Source: Leucoraja erinacea (Eukaryota). From it: a DNA stretch of 64,000 bases. The position numbers and the translations under genes were made by a program. The stretch covers positions 56,668,001 through 56,732,000 of the forward strand of contig NC_073388.1 in NCBI RefSeq assembly GCF_028641065.1. The letters run 5' to 3'. The notes under the pieces were generated by a model. That model was given only the letters and a program-made list of their open reading frames with translations. It did no database searches and was not told the origin of the DNA. Below, piece after piece: positions 39,501-52,900 of the stretch. Position 1 is the first letter of the stretch. Each line of letters begins with the position of its first letter.

Positions 39501-41261
39501 TTTGAGGTTTGAAATGAGTAATTTGAAAGAGAGAGAGTTATTGCTGTGACCAACTAGCTCAGTGGTCAAGCAATAATGCATTTAAATGATTGTCTGCTAT
39601 TCTATTGTGGATTGATAGGGATGGATTCAACTATTGCCATGTGAAGATTTTTAATGTTATGTTGAGACAACACATAGCACAGACTCTTCAAAGATGCAAA
39701 TATGATGAAAAACATTGAAAACAGCAACTATATCTTTATCTGGAAAATGAAATTGCAGGTGATTGCAACTGTGCCAAAGTGGCCAAACTGTCTTATTGGG
39801 CTTTCTGACACATCATTCACTTTACTAGACACTAAGCTCTGAGTGGTCTGCGAAGGCGTAAAATGGATTTAATTTATATTACAAGCCCAAATTAAAAAAA
39901 ATAATAATTTTAGTGGGGATAATATGAACATAAAACATATTGTATTTAGGTATTATTGTTGTTGCATCATTACAGTCTAACTCATTGCTTCTTCCTTCAA
40001 TCACTGTACCTAATTCACAATTATGCTATTTTAGTGAATATCATCAGAATTTTGCCCAGTAAAAATTTTAACAATAGCTCATGTCTGAAAAGGTCTTACA
40101 AGGTCTACGGTAGTTCCATTTACATATCCCTCTGAACCACATCTGTCCATATATCTGTACAAATGTCTTTTAAAAGTCATAGCTGTATCCACTTCTATAG
40201 CTTCTTCTGGCAGCTCATTCTAGATATGGACTACCCTCTGATTGAAAACATTACACCTGAGGTCCTTAAATATTCCCCCTCTCACTTTAAGCCTATTCCT
40301 TCCAGTTATATAATCATCCACACTTAGAAAAAGACTGAGTGTTCACTTTATTCATGCTCCTGATGATCTTGCCCACTTCAAAAAGATCATCCCTCAGACA
40401 ATCCTGACTATGGGTGATGTCTGTACGGAGTTTGTACTTTCTCCCCGTGACCTGCGTGGGTTTTCTCCGAGATCTTCGGTTTCCTCCCACACTCCAAAGA
40501 CGTACATGTATGTAGGTTAATTGGCTTGGTAAATGTTTAAAAAAATTGTCCCTAGTGGGTATAGGATAGTGATAATGTGCGGGGAATGTTGGTCGGCATG
40601 GACCCGGTGGTCCAAAAGGGCCTGTTTCCGCGCTGTATCTCTAAACTAAAACTAAAGTGAACTCCTATGCTCCAAAGAAGAAAAATCCAGTCTATCCATC
40701 CTCTCCCTATAGCTCAAACCAATAAGCCCAGGTATCATTCTGCTGATTTTTGTCTGCACTCTTTCCAAGAACATGCTTCGTATAACTGGGTAACCAGAAC
40801 TCCACACAGTATTCCAAGTGTGGCCTCATCAACAAAATGTACAGCTGCATCATGATGTCCCAACTTTTGTATTCCGTACCCTTCCCACTGAAGGTAAGCA
40901 TGTCAAATGCCTTCTTCACCACCTTGTCAACCAAACTCGCCACTTGCAGGGTACCATGTACCTGTACTCCCAGATGTGTCTGGTCTTTGGCATTCTTCAG
41001 GGTTCTACCATGTAAGTCTTGCCTGGTTTGACATACCAAAGCCCATCTTCACACCTGATCTAAATCCTGTTGTAAATGTAGATATCCTTTGTCACTATCC
41101 ACCAATTGTGGTGTAATCTGCAAATTCACTAACAATGTTAACTACATTGCCATCCAAATCCTTAATGTAGATAACAAACAATAGTAAACCCATCACCGAC
41201 CCTTGCAGCATACCTCCAGTCACAGGCCTCCAATCAGGAAAACAACCCTCCACAACTACCC

Positions 41262-41858
41262 GTGCAACTGCAGGAGATGCAACATCTTTACCTCCCCCCT
41301 CAATTTATTTTTAATCATCAAAGGACCCTGACAATCTTTTCAGGTGAGGCAGAGGTTCACTTGCACTCCTCCAACCTCATCTACTGTATCCACTGTTCCA
41401 GGTGTCAACTTTTGTACATCAGTGAGACCAAGCGCAGGCTCGGTGATCATTTCGCTGAACACCTCCGCTCAGTCCGCCTTAACCTACCTGATCTCCCGGT
41501 GGCTCAGCACATCAACTCCTCCTCCCATTCCCAATCTGACCTTTCTGTCCTGGGCCTCCTCCATTGACAGAGTGAGGCCAAGCATAAATTGGAGGAACAG
41601 CACCTCATCTTTCACTTAGGTAGCTTGCACCCCAGTGGTATGAACATTGACTTATCTAACTTTAAATAGCCCTTGCTTTCCCCCCCTCCCCTTCCCAGTT
41701 CTCCTACCAGTCTTACTGTCTCCGACTACATTCTATCTCTGACCCGCCCACTCCCTCAACATTTGTCTGAAGAAGGGTCTCGACCCGAATCGTCAATCAT
41801 TCCTTCTCTCCAGAGATGCTGCCTGTTCCATTGAATTACTCCAGCATTTTGTGTCTAT
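41262..41858 (+). mobile_element. Penelope-like element 3' part (GIY-YIG remnant plus 3' UTR) with 15 bp TSD
   Basis: SSNLIYCIHCSRCQLLYISETKRRLGDHFAEH. TSD CCTCCACAACTACCC at 41247-41261 and 41859-41873. Confidence 0.92.
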
Positions 41859-41880
41859 CCTCCACAACTACCCTTTGACT

Positions 41881-41910
41881 CTGAAGAAGGGTTTCGGCCC
41901 GAAACGTCGC
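41881..41910 (+). ncRNA. Minimal type I hammerhead ribozyme motif
   Basis: CTGAAGA-A-GGGT(TTCG)GCCC-GAAA-CG-TC: helix II capped by a UUCG loop. Helix I is weak. Confidence 0.6.
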
Positions 41911-42007
41911 CTATTTCCTTCGCTCCATAGATGCTGCTGCACCCGCTGAGTTTCTCCAGCAATTTTGTGTACCTTCGATCTTCCAGCATCTGCAGTTCCT
42001 TCTTGAA
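41882..42007 (+). mobile_element. 126 bp Penelope-derived mini-element with 13 bp TSD
   Basis: TSD TACCCTTTGACTC at 41869-41881 and 42008-42020. Confidence 0.87.
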
Positions 42008-42361
42008 TACCCTTTGACTCCTTCCTTCAAGCTAATTTTTAATATATTCCATGTGATCTAACCTAGACTAGCCTGCCACACGAGAACTTGCCAATATGCA
42101 ATTGGATGCTGGAAATCAGAAATAATAAACAAGTGCTGGAAACATTCCAGAATCTGCAGAAAGAGAAATTATATTCCAACGGGAACATTTATGAATACTC
42201 TTGCAGTTTTACCTCTTCCGTTCCCATCACCTAGGGGCCTAAATATGCATTGAAGATCAAGCCTGGATTCACTTGCACTTCTTCCAAACACTCCATTTGT
42301 TCATCCTTGTGTAGTTTCCTGCACTTTGGAGAATCCAAACACAGAATGGGTGACAACTTTG

Positions 42362-43152
42362 TAATAACCATATAACAATTACAGCACGGAAACAGGCCAT
42401 CTCGGCCCTACAAGTCCGTGCCGAACAACTTTTTTCCCTTAGTCCCACCTGCCTGCACTCATACCATAACCCTCCATTCTCTTCTCATCCATATGCCTAT
42501 CCAATTTATTTTTAAATGATACCAACGAACCTGCCTCCACCACTTCCACTGGAAGCTCATTCCACACCGCTACTACTCTCTGAGTAAAAGGGAAAAGCTT
42601 GTCCACATCAACTCTGTCTATCCCTCTCATCATTTTAAAGACCTCTATCAGGTCCCCCCTTAACCTGCGCTCCAGAGAATAAAGACCTAACTTATTCAAC
42701 CTTTCTCTGTAACTTAGTTGTTGAAACCCAGGCAACATTCTAGTAAATCTCCTCTGTACTCTCTCTATTTTGTTGACATCCTTCCTATTATTTGTGCGAC
42801 CAAAATTGTACACCATACTCCAGATTTGGTCTCACCAATGCCTTGTACAATTTTAACATTACATCCCAGCTTCTATACTCAATGCTCTGATTTATAAAGG
42901 CTAGCATACCAAAAGCTTTCTTTACCACCCTATCTATACGAGAGTCCACCTTCAAGGAACTATGCACGGTTATTCCCAGATCCCTCTGTTCAACTGTATA
43001 CTTCAATTCCCTACCATTTACCATGTACGTCCTATTTTGATTTGTCCTGCCAAGGTGTAGCACCTCACATTTATCAGCATTAAACTCCATCTGCCATCTT
43101 TCAGCCCATTCTTCCAAATGACCTAAATCACTCTGTAGACTTTGGAAATCCA
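42362..43152 (-). mobile_element. CR1/HER1-type LINE 3' fragment
   Basis: ORFs 42439-42816 and 42788-43153 (WQMEFNADKC, RPNLEYGVQFW, GRWD*). Confidence 0.93.
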
Positions 43153-46100
43153 CTGGAAGCCCGATCTACTGGACAATTCCCCTAGCTCTAACTTGCATTT
43201 CACAACTCTTATATGTCCCTGTTTATTTTCACTTTATCTGATTAATATTTTAACCAGTTGATTTATTCAACAGTTTATAACTACGGCAACCCTAGCTACA
43301 TCTTATCAGGGATATACCTCTCATCCTGCCCATCATTCCCCACCCTCTCTGCAACTCAAAACTAACTTGTTTTCTTTCTTTTCAAGTTATCCAGAAACTA
43401 TTTGCAGCATTTTCTATTTTATTACTGATAACGGTTTGAACAAATTGCCATACTGAAATCTTACTTTAAGACATGATTCTGACAAGAGACTTGGGTTGCC
43501 TAGACATTAAATGTGGGGAAGAGTTCTGCATGGGAAATAGAATGGTAAACAGTAATTTAGAAAGTGCACTGCTGTACATCATTGGAGACCATATAAAGGG
43601 AATACGTGTGCAAATGAAATGATAGAAATGTCCATGTCATTGTTTAAGAGTTGTTTCTATGAGCAGCAAAGCACTGACCCTGTTAATAAATGTTCTCATT
43701 ATCTTCTTGCCACATCATAGGGGCACAAATCAATGAATTTTGGCCCATTGCTGTCAAGTTTCATGTATATGTTCTCAATGTATCATGGCCTGGAAACAGC
43801 AATCATAATTAAAAGCCACAAGGATTGCATATCTCCTTGCGGTACTGCTATGAATGTTCACCATGTTCGAGCATACTGTTGGAAGAATTAGTTTATGGTA
43901 TACTTGAATTAGCAGTATTTTATTGATAGTCAAAAATAGAAAAGCTTTCCATTCCGACAACCAACATCCTGTACCTCAAGCATAAAGAAAGCTTTCTCCA
44001 TGCAGTGCAGCACGTGAAAATAGTATTTTTGTACCCGGGGAGGAAACTGGTGCATTACGAGTGGATGTAATGCCAGAAATAACACAGCTAACAAGGAACA
44101 GGATAATCAAGGACATGAAGAGTTGAAATTCGCCTTGGACCAGTTACTACCACAGTGGCAGTCTATAATGCTCCATGTTTGATGTTCATTTCTAACAATG
44201 CTAAAGACACTAAATCACAGGGCAGAAAGTTTAATACTGATACTATCCATTCCTGCTCTCTCGTCCCAAATGAATACCTACCTCCATATGGACAGAGATT
44301 TCATTAACTGGGAGACAAAACTTAACTGTACTTATGATGAGAAATACCATGATTGGACAGGTTAATGACAGTTAAAGGTCAATAGTTACATGGTTCTCTT
44401 AAAAAAAAGGGAAGGACAATCCATGTGTGGGTTCCCGCCATTACTTCAACAATGTTTAACTAGGCTATTTACCATTTAGAGTTTCAGCTCCAAAAATAAC
44501 ATGTTTGCCGCTATTATCTGAGTCACTGCGCAACACCAGATAAATGCAAGTATGCCCCATTTAATCTGCTCTCTCAACCTTTGCCAAACCTCCTGAATAA
44601 AATTGCCAGGTTAAGGCATCTGGAAGCTAGATTGTATTTTCTTTTCAAATTATTTCTGAGTAGAGATGTGGACTTACAGTTCAAAGAAACTTATAAAATG
44701 ATAATTGAACGATGTTTTAGCTGTGCATATGAGGCTTCCACATCTGGAAGCCATCAGGAAAAGATGGCTGGACTCTTCAAGGGATGACCTTAAGTTTTGT
44801 AGAAGATCGGCATTGAACTTACTGTAATAAATATAATTTTTTGCTGTCATTCAGCTACCATAAACCACTTTAAGAAAGGCACACGAAATATAGTTTAGTT
44901 ATAAATCACCATTAACATTAAAGAAAACCTAAATTGTATTTTCACATGATAATAAAACTTTTATTTGGAGCCATTTGAAGATGAAAACACTCCGGAACTA
45001 ATTACTGAAATGGCACAAAGCCTATCCAAACACAAACTTGCCTTCCAGCAAATGTAATAAATTGCATAGATCTGTTTTAATTAAGATACATATAATTAAT
45101 GTAGTTTATGGAGTCTTTTAGATTTATATAATTAAATTAGTTATTTTTGATTGAGAATATACCAATTTTTCTTTACATCACAATACATTTTCTTGAGCTG
45201 GAAGCCGAAGGTTTGAGAAGATTTATGTTTTAATGTGCCAGATCTGTTCGACTGAAAAGGATCCAATTGCCTCAGAGCTATCTTCCACATACTATCTGAT
45301 CATGTGGACAGCAACTAAAATATTTTACAAAATACAATTGGCAAATGCAATTATCTTCTAGTTTATATCTTGTTCTCTTTCATAATTACTAATATTCATA
45401 TTCCACCAGTCCAAAAATGCATTTGCATCCTGTAAGAATTAATAGCGTCAATTACATTTACTGAACTCCCAGCTGCTTCATTCTCCTGAAATGTGGGGTG
45501 GGAAAGCTACAAAACATTTACTTGTATCAGTATACTTCATAATGTTTCTAGGGATTGAGTTTGAATCATTTTTGGAACATTTACCTTTTGAGAAAAATGT
45601 GGGCCATTAGAAAAGCGAGAATGGTGTTCGTGATTCACAAGATTCAGCTGATTTCAGACTCAACCTCTTTATTCAATTGGATGAAATTCTTTCATTGCTT
45701 GCATACATGTGGTTGCTCACTTTTGGGCATCAGGATTTGAATAAATGTTCCACTGTGTTGAACTCTGTCTTGTATGATGATCTGTCTGCAAGAGTTCTTG
45801 GCCAAGGACCATGCTGAGAAGAATCCAAAAGTCTTCACGAATTATTTAAACAGTCGCAGCCTTATCTGGAAGAAGGGAGATAAGGATTCCGAGTTACCAG
45901 ATGCCTACATACTTGTCAGTTCTCACATGAGTACATGCCCAGATTCACTTGCATTTCATGGAAACTGATCTAGATGAAGTGAGGCAAAGGGCACCTCGAC
46001 TGAAAGCATAGTTGAACAAACCAGAATGTTGATATTGGCAGATTTAAGTATAAATAGCAGCAAAAAGCAACAAATATGTTTGGACACAAAATGCTGGAGT

Positions 46101-46187
46101 AACTCAGCGAGTCAGGCAGCATCTCTGGAGGAATAGAATAGTCTTTTTCTACTGAGATGCTGCCTGACCCACTGAGTTTGTTTCTAT

Positions 46188-47598
46188 GGTACACAAAAAT
46201 GCTGGAGAAACTCAGCGGGTGTAGCAGCATCTATGGAGCGAAAGAGATAGGCAACGTTTCGGTCCAAAATCCTTCTTCAGACTGATAGAGGGTGGAGGGA
46301 GGTGGGGAGAAGAAAGGAAAAAGGAGGAGGAGGAGCCTGAGGGCTGAGGGAGGTAGGAAGGGGAGGAGACAGCAAGGGTTAACAGAATTGTGAGAATTCA
46401 ATGTTCATGCCACCAGGATACAGACTCCCCAAGTGTGAGGTGCTGTTCCTCCGATTTCCAGTATTGCTCACTCTGGCCGTGGAGGAGGCCCAGGACAGAA
46501 AGGTCGGATACGGAATGGGAGTGGGAGTTGAAGTGCTGAGTCACCGGGAGGTCAGGTTGGTTATTGCGGACCGAGCGGAGGTGTTCGGCGAAACGATCGC
46601 CAAGCCTGCGCTTGGTCTCACCGATATAGATCAGCTGACATCTAGAGCAGCGGATGCAATAGATGAGGTTGGAGGAGGTGCAGGTGAACTTCTGTCACAC
46701 CTGGAACGACTGCTTGGGTCCTTGAAAGGAGTTGAGGGGGAAGGTAAAGCGACAGGTTGCAAGGGAAAGTGCCCGGGGAAGGGGTGGAGCGGGAGGGAAG
46801 GGAAGATTTGACAAGGGAGTTATGGAGGGAGCGGTCTTTGCGTAAGGCAGACAGCAGGGGAGATGGGAAGATGTGGCGAGTAGTGGGGTCACGTTGGAGG
46901 TGGCGAAACTGACGGAGGACAATTTGTTGTACGTGCCGGCTAGTGGGATGAAAGATGAGGACCAGGGGGACTCTGCCCTTGTTGCGAGTGGGGGGATGGG
47001 GGGAGAGAGCAGTGTTACGGGTTATGGAGGAGATCCTGGTGCGAGCCTCATCTATGGTGGGGGATGGGAACCCACGTTCCCTGAAGAATGAGGACATTTG
47101 CGATGCCCTGGTGTGGAACACCTCATCCTGGGAGCAGATGCGGCATAGACGGAAGAATTGGGAGTAGGGGATGGAGTCCTTACAGGAAGCGGGGGGAAGG
47201 AAGAGTAGTCAAGATAGCCATGGGAGTCAATGGGTTTATAGTGTATGTCGGTCAGAAATCTATCACCTGCGATGGAGATAGTGAGGTCAAGGAATGGTAG
47301 GGAAATGTCGGAAATGGTCCAGGTGTATTTGAGTGCCGGATGGAAGTTAGTGGTGAAGTGGATGAAGGCAGTCAGTTGTGTGTGGGTGCAGGAGGTGGCA
47401 CAAAAGCAATCGTCGATGTAACGGAGGTAGAGGTCGGGGATGGGACCCTGGTATGTATTGAACAAGGATTGCTCGACATAACCGACAAATAGGCAGGCGT
47501 AGCTGGGGCCCATGCGTGTGCCCATAGCTACGCCTTGTGTTTGGAGGAAATGGGAGGAGTCAAACGAGAAGTTATTGAGGGGAAGGACCAACTCCGCT
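46188..47598 (-). mobile_element. Penelope-like element (RT + GIY-YIG + 3' UTR), 5'-truncated and frameshifted
   Basis: LQTQGVAMGTRMGPSYACLF, YLRYIDD, LPFLDL. Hammerhead-like motif at ~46252-46282 (-). Confidence 0.93.
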
Positions 47599-48299
47599 AG
47601 TGGACATTTGTTTCTATCTTTGGTGTAAAGCAGCATCTGCAGTTCCTTCTCACACAAATATGGTTGGATGCTGAGTGACCATTTGTATCATTGCCGCAGG
47701 TGTGTGCTCATCATGTACATAAACATGATTATATATGGATTGCACATAAATTCTACAAAACAGAAAATACTTAAAAAAAAAATTTGCGCAGTGATACACA
47801 AGTAGAAAACACGTCGGTGGTAACGCAAGAGGTGGTCCCTGGAGTTCTGTTCTCAATGTAGGACGTGGTTTAGGATAGATTAGAAAGGAACTGGTCACTG
47901 AAAAGCTTATTGCTATCCTGAGTTATTTGCTGTGATATTGTTGGCAGTGCGCACACTTCTAGTCGTAGAGTTGTGCTTTGAAATCCCTGTCCTGCGACAC
48001 AAACACAAACATCTGGGCTGTGTTGTTGCATGTGGCGGCTTTCAAGTGAAAGTAACTAGAGTTTGTTGGCTCTCGGGTAGAAATGAAAGATTCTATTTTG
48101 AAAAGAGTGAGGGTGTTGTCCCTGGTCGCTTGGCCATTATGTATCCCCCCTCTCAACACACAGAATATTTGGTCATCATCCCAAGCCCAGCCAGAAGAAA
48201 TCACCTGGCACAGATCATGGGAAATGTGCTCTCTGCAGGTGAAACTGAAACCATGAGGTCTCAAATCTTCCCTCCCCAACATACACATAACAAAGGTCC

Positions 48300-49990
48300 A
48301 AACTATTGAAAGCAAGCTAGATGAACCTACCTTAGGGAACTGAGAAACTGTTGTGTGCCCAATTCTACGAGACATGGCTCACCTCTGCTTTGCCTCTTTA
48401 TGCCATGCAACCCAAGAGGTTCTCGCTTCACTGGATGGACTGCACCGTTTCCCAGGCAAGGTAAAGGATGGAGGGGTCTGCTTCATAGTCATCTCATGGT
48501 GGTCCTGCTCCCCGAACCTGGAATACCTAGCAGTGAAGTGTTGTCCCTACTACCTGCTGCAGGAACTTACTCTGGCCATCCTGGAAGCAGTTTACATCCC
48601 ATCCGTTTCTGAATCTATGCTTGCACTGAATGAACTACACACCACTACCAATAACCTTGAAACAAAGTACCCCCTGGCCTTGTTCACAATAGCTGGTGAC
48701 TACAACCAGATCAATTTGCAGAGTGAGCTACCAGAATGCTACACGCACATCTCCTCTCCCACCAGAGGCCCAATCACCCTCGACCAATGCTACACATCCA
48801 TCAAAGACACCTACTGTTCCATTCCCAAATCACATTGTTTTTAATCTATCCTCCTGCTTGTAAACATAAACTGCAGCAGGATGATCTGGTACAGAAAGTT
48901 GTCCAGCGTGGGTTGGAGAAAACAGATGAGATCCTTGGCTACTGCTCTGGGTGAGTGAAATGGTCCATATTCAAGGACTCTGTGGCCAACCTAACATAGT
49001 ATATCACTGATCTCAACATGAAGTGCTTCGAGAGGTTGTTCAACTTCAGCCTCCTAGACAGCCTTAATCCACTATAGTTCCACGGCAGTTGCCATCTCCC
49101 TGCTCCTACACTCTTTTTTTTTAAACAGTTGGACAACAAGTACTCCTACATCAGACTCCTAATTATTGATTATAGTCCTGCCATCATAATCCCAACCAGA
49201 CTCTTCTCCAAACTCTTGGACCTTGGAGACAGCATCCCCCTCGGTCACTGGATACTCGACTTCTTGACCCATAGATCACAATCAGTGACGATAGGTGACC
49301 AAACATTCTCCACTCTAATTTTCAACTCCTGTGCCTCACAAAGGTGTGTTTTCAACCCCTTACTATGCACCCTGTGCTCTCAACTGCATGCCCAAATTCT
49401 GCTCTAAAATCCATTTACAAGTTTACAGATGACATCACCTTTTAGGGCTGCACAGCGGTAGGTATAAGTATAAATTGTCCCTTGTGTGTAGGGTAATGTT
49501 AATGTGTGGGGATCACTGGCAAGTGCGGACTCAGTGGGCTGAAGGGCCTGTTTCCGCGCTGAATCTCTAAACTAAACTAAAACTTAATGGGCTGGATTTT
49601 GAACAGTGATAAGAATGCAGACATGAAAAATATAAAGAGATGAGTAACATGGTCTCAAGACCACACCCGTGTCAATGTCAATAAGATGAGGAGCTAGTTA
49701 TTGGCACGAGGAAACAGGTTTGTGTACACGGCCCAGTCGGCATTAATGGTGCCAAAGTGAAGATGGTCAACAACCTGAAATTCCCAGGCATAAACATCAG
49801 CAAGAATTTATCCTGGACCATCTACATTGAAGCTACGACCAATCGTCTGATCTCCCTACCTACCTCATTGTAACCATCGCACTTTTATTTATCTTCACTT
49901 TCTCTGTAACAGTAGCACTATAATGCAGTACAGCACACTGGTATTTTTCTCTTTGCACTACCTGTCATATGTGTATATCCTCTTGTATAG
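48300..49990 (+). mobile_element. Decayed Rex1/Babar-like LINE (endonuclease and RT remnants)
   Basis: LEYLAVKCCPYYLLQE..AVYIP, IAGDYN, TLDQCY, YIRLLIIDYS, WILDFLTHR. An internally deleted SINE lies at ~49444-49582. Confidence 0.82.
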
Positions 49991-49999
49991 TATGATTTA

Positions 50000-50288
50000 T
50001 GTATAGACTGATGCCTTACAGCGCCAGAGACCCAGGTTCAATCCCGTCTATTGGTGCTGTCTGTACGTAATTTATTCCTTCCCCCATGACCGTGTGGGTT
50101 TGCTCCGAGATCTTTGGTTTCCTCCCACACTCCAAAGACGTACAGATTTGTAGGTTATTTGGCTTGGTTTAAATGTAAAATTGTCCCTAGTGTGTGTAGG
50201 ATAGTGTTAATGTGCGAGGATCGCTGGTCGGTGCGAACTCGGTGGGTGAAGGGCCTGGGTCCACGCTGTATCTCTAAATTAAACTAAA
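50000..50288 (+). mobile_element. HE1-type V-SINE
   Basis: gccttacagcgccagagacccaggttcaatcc, V domain, taaattaaactaaac tail. Confidence 0.85.
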
Positions 50289-50874
50289 CATGTTACAATA
50301 ATAAGCAAATACTGATTTGGAGGATTGCTCTGTCTAAATAGGCTACAGCATTTCCTAAGAGATAACAGGTAGGTCTGCTATAATACGTGTTTCCACAATG
50401 TGAATTGGATCAATGAATTAGTGAACACCATTTGCATTAAGCAGGCTGAATTGGTTACAAATTCACTCTGGAAATGGAGAACCATTCGAAAGTTACTTGG
50501 AAATTGGCAGGCAGAAAAAAAGCTGTCATGCAAAAAAAATGTAGCCTTCCCTGAGTAGTCTCTGAAGACCACTGCTGCTACTTTCACTACGGGAGGTCAT
50601 AGACATTAACAAGCAATTGTTTCTATTGAGACATCTGCAATGATACACTATTAAACAATGTCTTTAGTTTTTGCAGAAACAAAAGAAAATGTATAGTTAT
50701 CAAAAATACCTTTATTTTCAAAAACCCTGCAAGACAAAATAACTTTTGTTATTACGAGTCTGATACTCTCTGGCCCCGTTACATGTAGTTTCCTGATAAT
50801 GCAACTTTTGTGCTTTTGCAGCACTGTGTACACTTAAAAAAGTACTTAATTGGTGGTGAAGTAGCGGGAGACAC

Positions 50875-52900
50875 TCTGAAAGAGTTCCAGGCACCCACCA
50901 TTCACTGTGTAAAAGACTTGCCCTGCACATCTCCTTTAAAGCTACACCCTCAAGTCCTTGACATTACAACCTGGGGAAAAAATGGTCTGATTGTCTACCC
51001 TAGCCATGCCTTTCATAATTTTGTACCCCAACCTCCAACATTCCAGAGAAAACAATCCAAGTATATCCAACCTCTCCACACAGTTAATACCCTCTAATTC
51101 AAGCAACATTCTGGTAGATGTCTTCCCGACCCTCTCCAAAGCCTCCATGTTCTTTACCTACTTGTGGTGCCACATTCAAGCAGTTATAGACATGGACCCA
51201 AGATCTCTCTGCATATTAATGCTGTGAAGAGTCATTAACAGTAGAGTTTCCCATTACATTTACCTCACTAACTCAAATCAAACTCCCAATGCTATTTCTC
51301 CACACATTTCTATAGCTAATCTATATTCCGTTATATTCTTTGACAACCTTCCTCACTGTCCACTAATTTTGGTGTAATCTGCAAACTTACAATCCAACAC
51401 ATCTACATTTATGTTCAAAATGTTTATATATATATATATCACAAAGAACAGAGACTCCAACACCGATCCCTGTGGAACTCTACTGGCCTTGGACCTCCAG
51501 CAAGAGTAACACCCTTCTATCACAACCCACTATCTCCATGAATAAGCCAGTACTGAATCCAAACGACCAAGTCACCATTTAATCTTCTGGATCTGCCTAG
51601 CATGAGGGACCTTATCAAAAGCCTTACTAAAGTCCATGTAAACAACATCCACTATCTACCTTCATCAGCTCCTCAAAAAACACAATTGTTTGGAAGACAT
51701 GACCTACAATGGACAAAACAATGCTGACTGTCTTTAATTAGCCCATTCTCTTCCAAAGGCGAGTAAATCCTGTCCTGAAGAATCCTCTCCAATTGCTTCC
51801 CTATCACTGATGTGAGGCTCACTGGCCTATTTATATTTTCTTGGATTATCTCTATGCCTCTTCTAAATCCAACTCACCCATGACATTTCATGGCCCATAC
51901 TGGCCCTTCTAATTGCCCGCTTGAGTTTGTCCTACTTGCTTTTCAACGACCCTGTCTAATTTAATCTTTTAAATTTAACATACATTTATTTTTTCATCCA
52001 AGGTTCCCTTATCCTTTCTCCTTACTGGAACATGCTGCTCCTGAACTTTGATCAACTCCCACATGTCAGATGTGGACTTATGAATTAACAACCGCTCCCA
52101 ATACACTCGCCCTAGCTCTGCCTAATAATGCTGTAATCTGCCTTATCCCAAGTTAGTGCCTTACCCCAATTCAATACCTTCCCCCAAGATCCAGACTCAC
52201 CCTTATTCACAACTATCTTATAGCATAACTTTGTAGGAGTGTAGAAAGGAACTGCAGATGCTGGTTTACACCAAAGATAGACACAAAGTGTTGGAGTAAC
52301 TCAGCGGGTCAGGCAGCATCTCTGGAGAAAAGGAATAGGTAAGGTTTGGACCCGCTGGGTTAAAACATAAGCAGTTGTGACCGCTGTTCCCAAAGTGCTC
52401 TTCTACTGCAGTTAATGTTCAGGATACGTTGAAGTCACCCACCACTACTATATTGAATCTTTCCAAAATCTGTCTATATATGTGTTCCTCTATTTCCTGA
52501 TGGAGGGGAGTTTAAAACAAGAGGGCATAGGTTTAAAGTACGTGGGTGTTGGGACACCTATGATACAATCCCACTCAACTGTTTGTACTTTCTCTTGTTT
52601 TTGAGCTCTATCCACATTGCCTTTGTGGCTGAATCTCCAGCATGCCTCTCTTAGTGTCACCGTGGTATCCAGCCTGATGAGGAAAGCAGCTTATACCTTC
52701 CACCCTATTACGTCTGCTGCATCGAAATCCTGGAACATTCAGCTACCAGTTGTGTCCCTTTTCCAACCACATGTCTGTAATGGCCGCAGCGTTATAGATC
52801 CAAGCACTGATCCAGACTACGCTCATCCATGAATCTCATTGTGACGAAATAAACACACTTCAGTTTCCCCATATTTCTTAACCTCTCCCTGTCTGCTCTT
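50875..52900 (-). mobile_element. Old fragmented CR1 LINE with a PLE tail at ~52240-52360
   Basis: ERLDILGLFSLE remnant, and ggaccttatcaaaagccttactaaagtccatgta (YMDFSKAFDKVP on -). Confidence 0.75.

Larger units (their letters stand above)
40080..42095 (-). mobile_element. Old CR1 LINE hosting a V-SINE (40398-40655) and two PLE insertions
   Basis: ORF 40707-41039: VVKKAFDML...RPHLEYCVEFWLP. Confidence 0.8.

Noticed and set aside
45774-45968. Small ORF as a host exon
   Set aside because: AEKNPKVFTNYLNSRS resembles decayed CR1 ORF2, and there is no supporting splice pair.
47932-48375. Overlapping 125 aa and 138 aa ORFs
   Set aside because: No recognisable domain, and adjacent to a decayed Rex1-like LINE.
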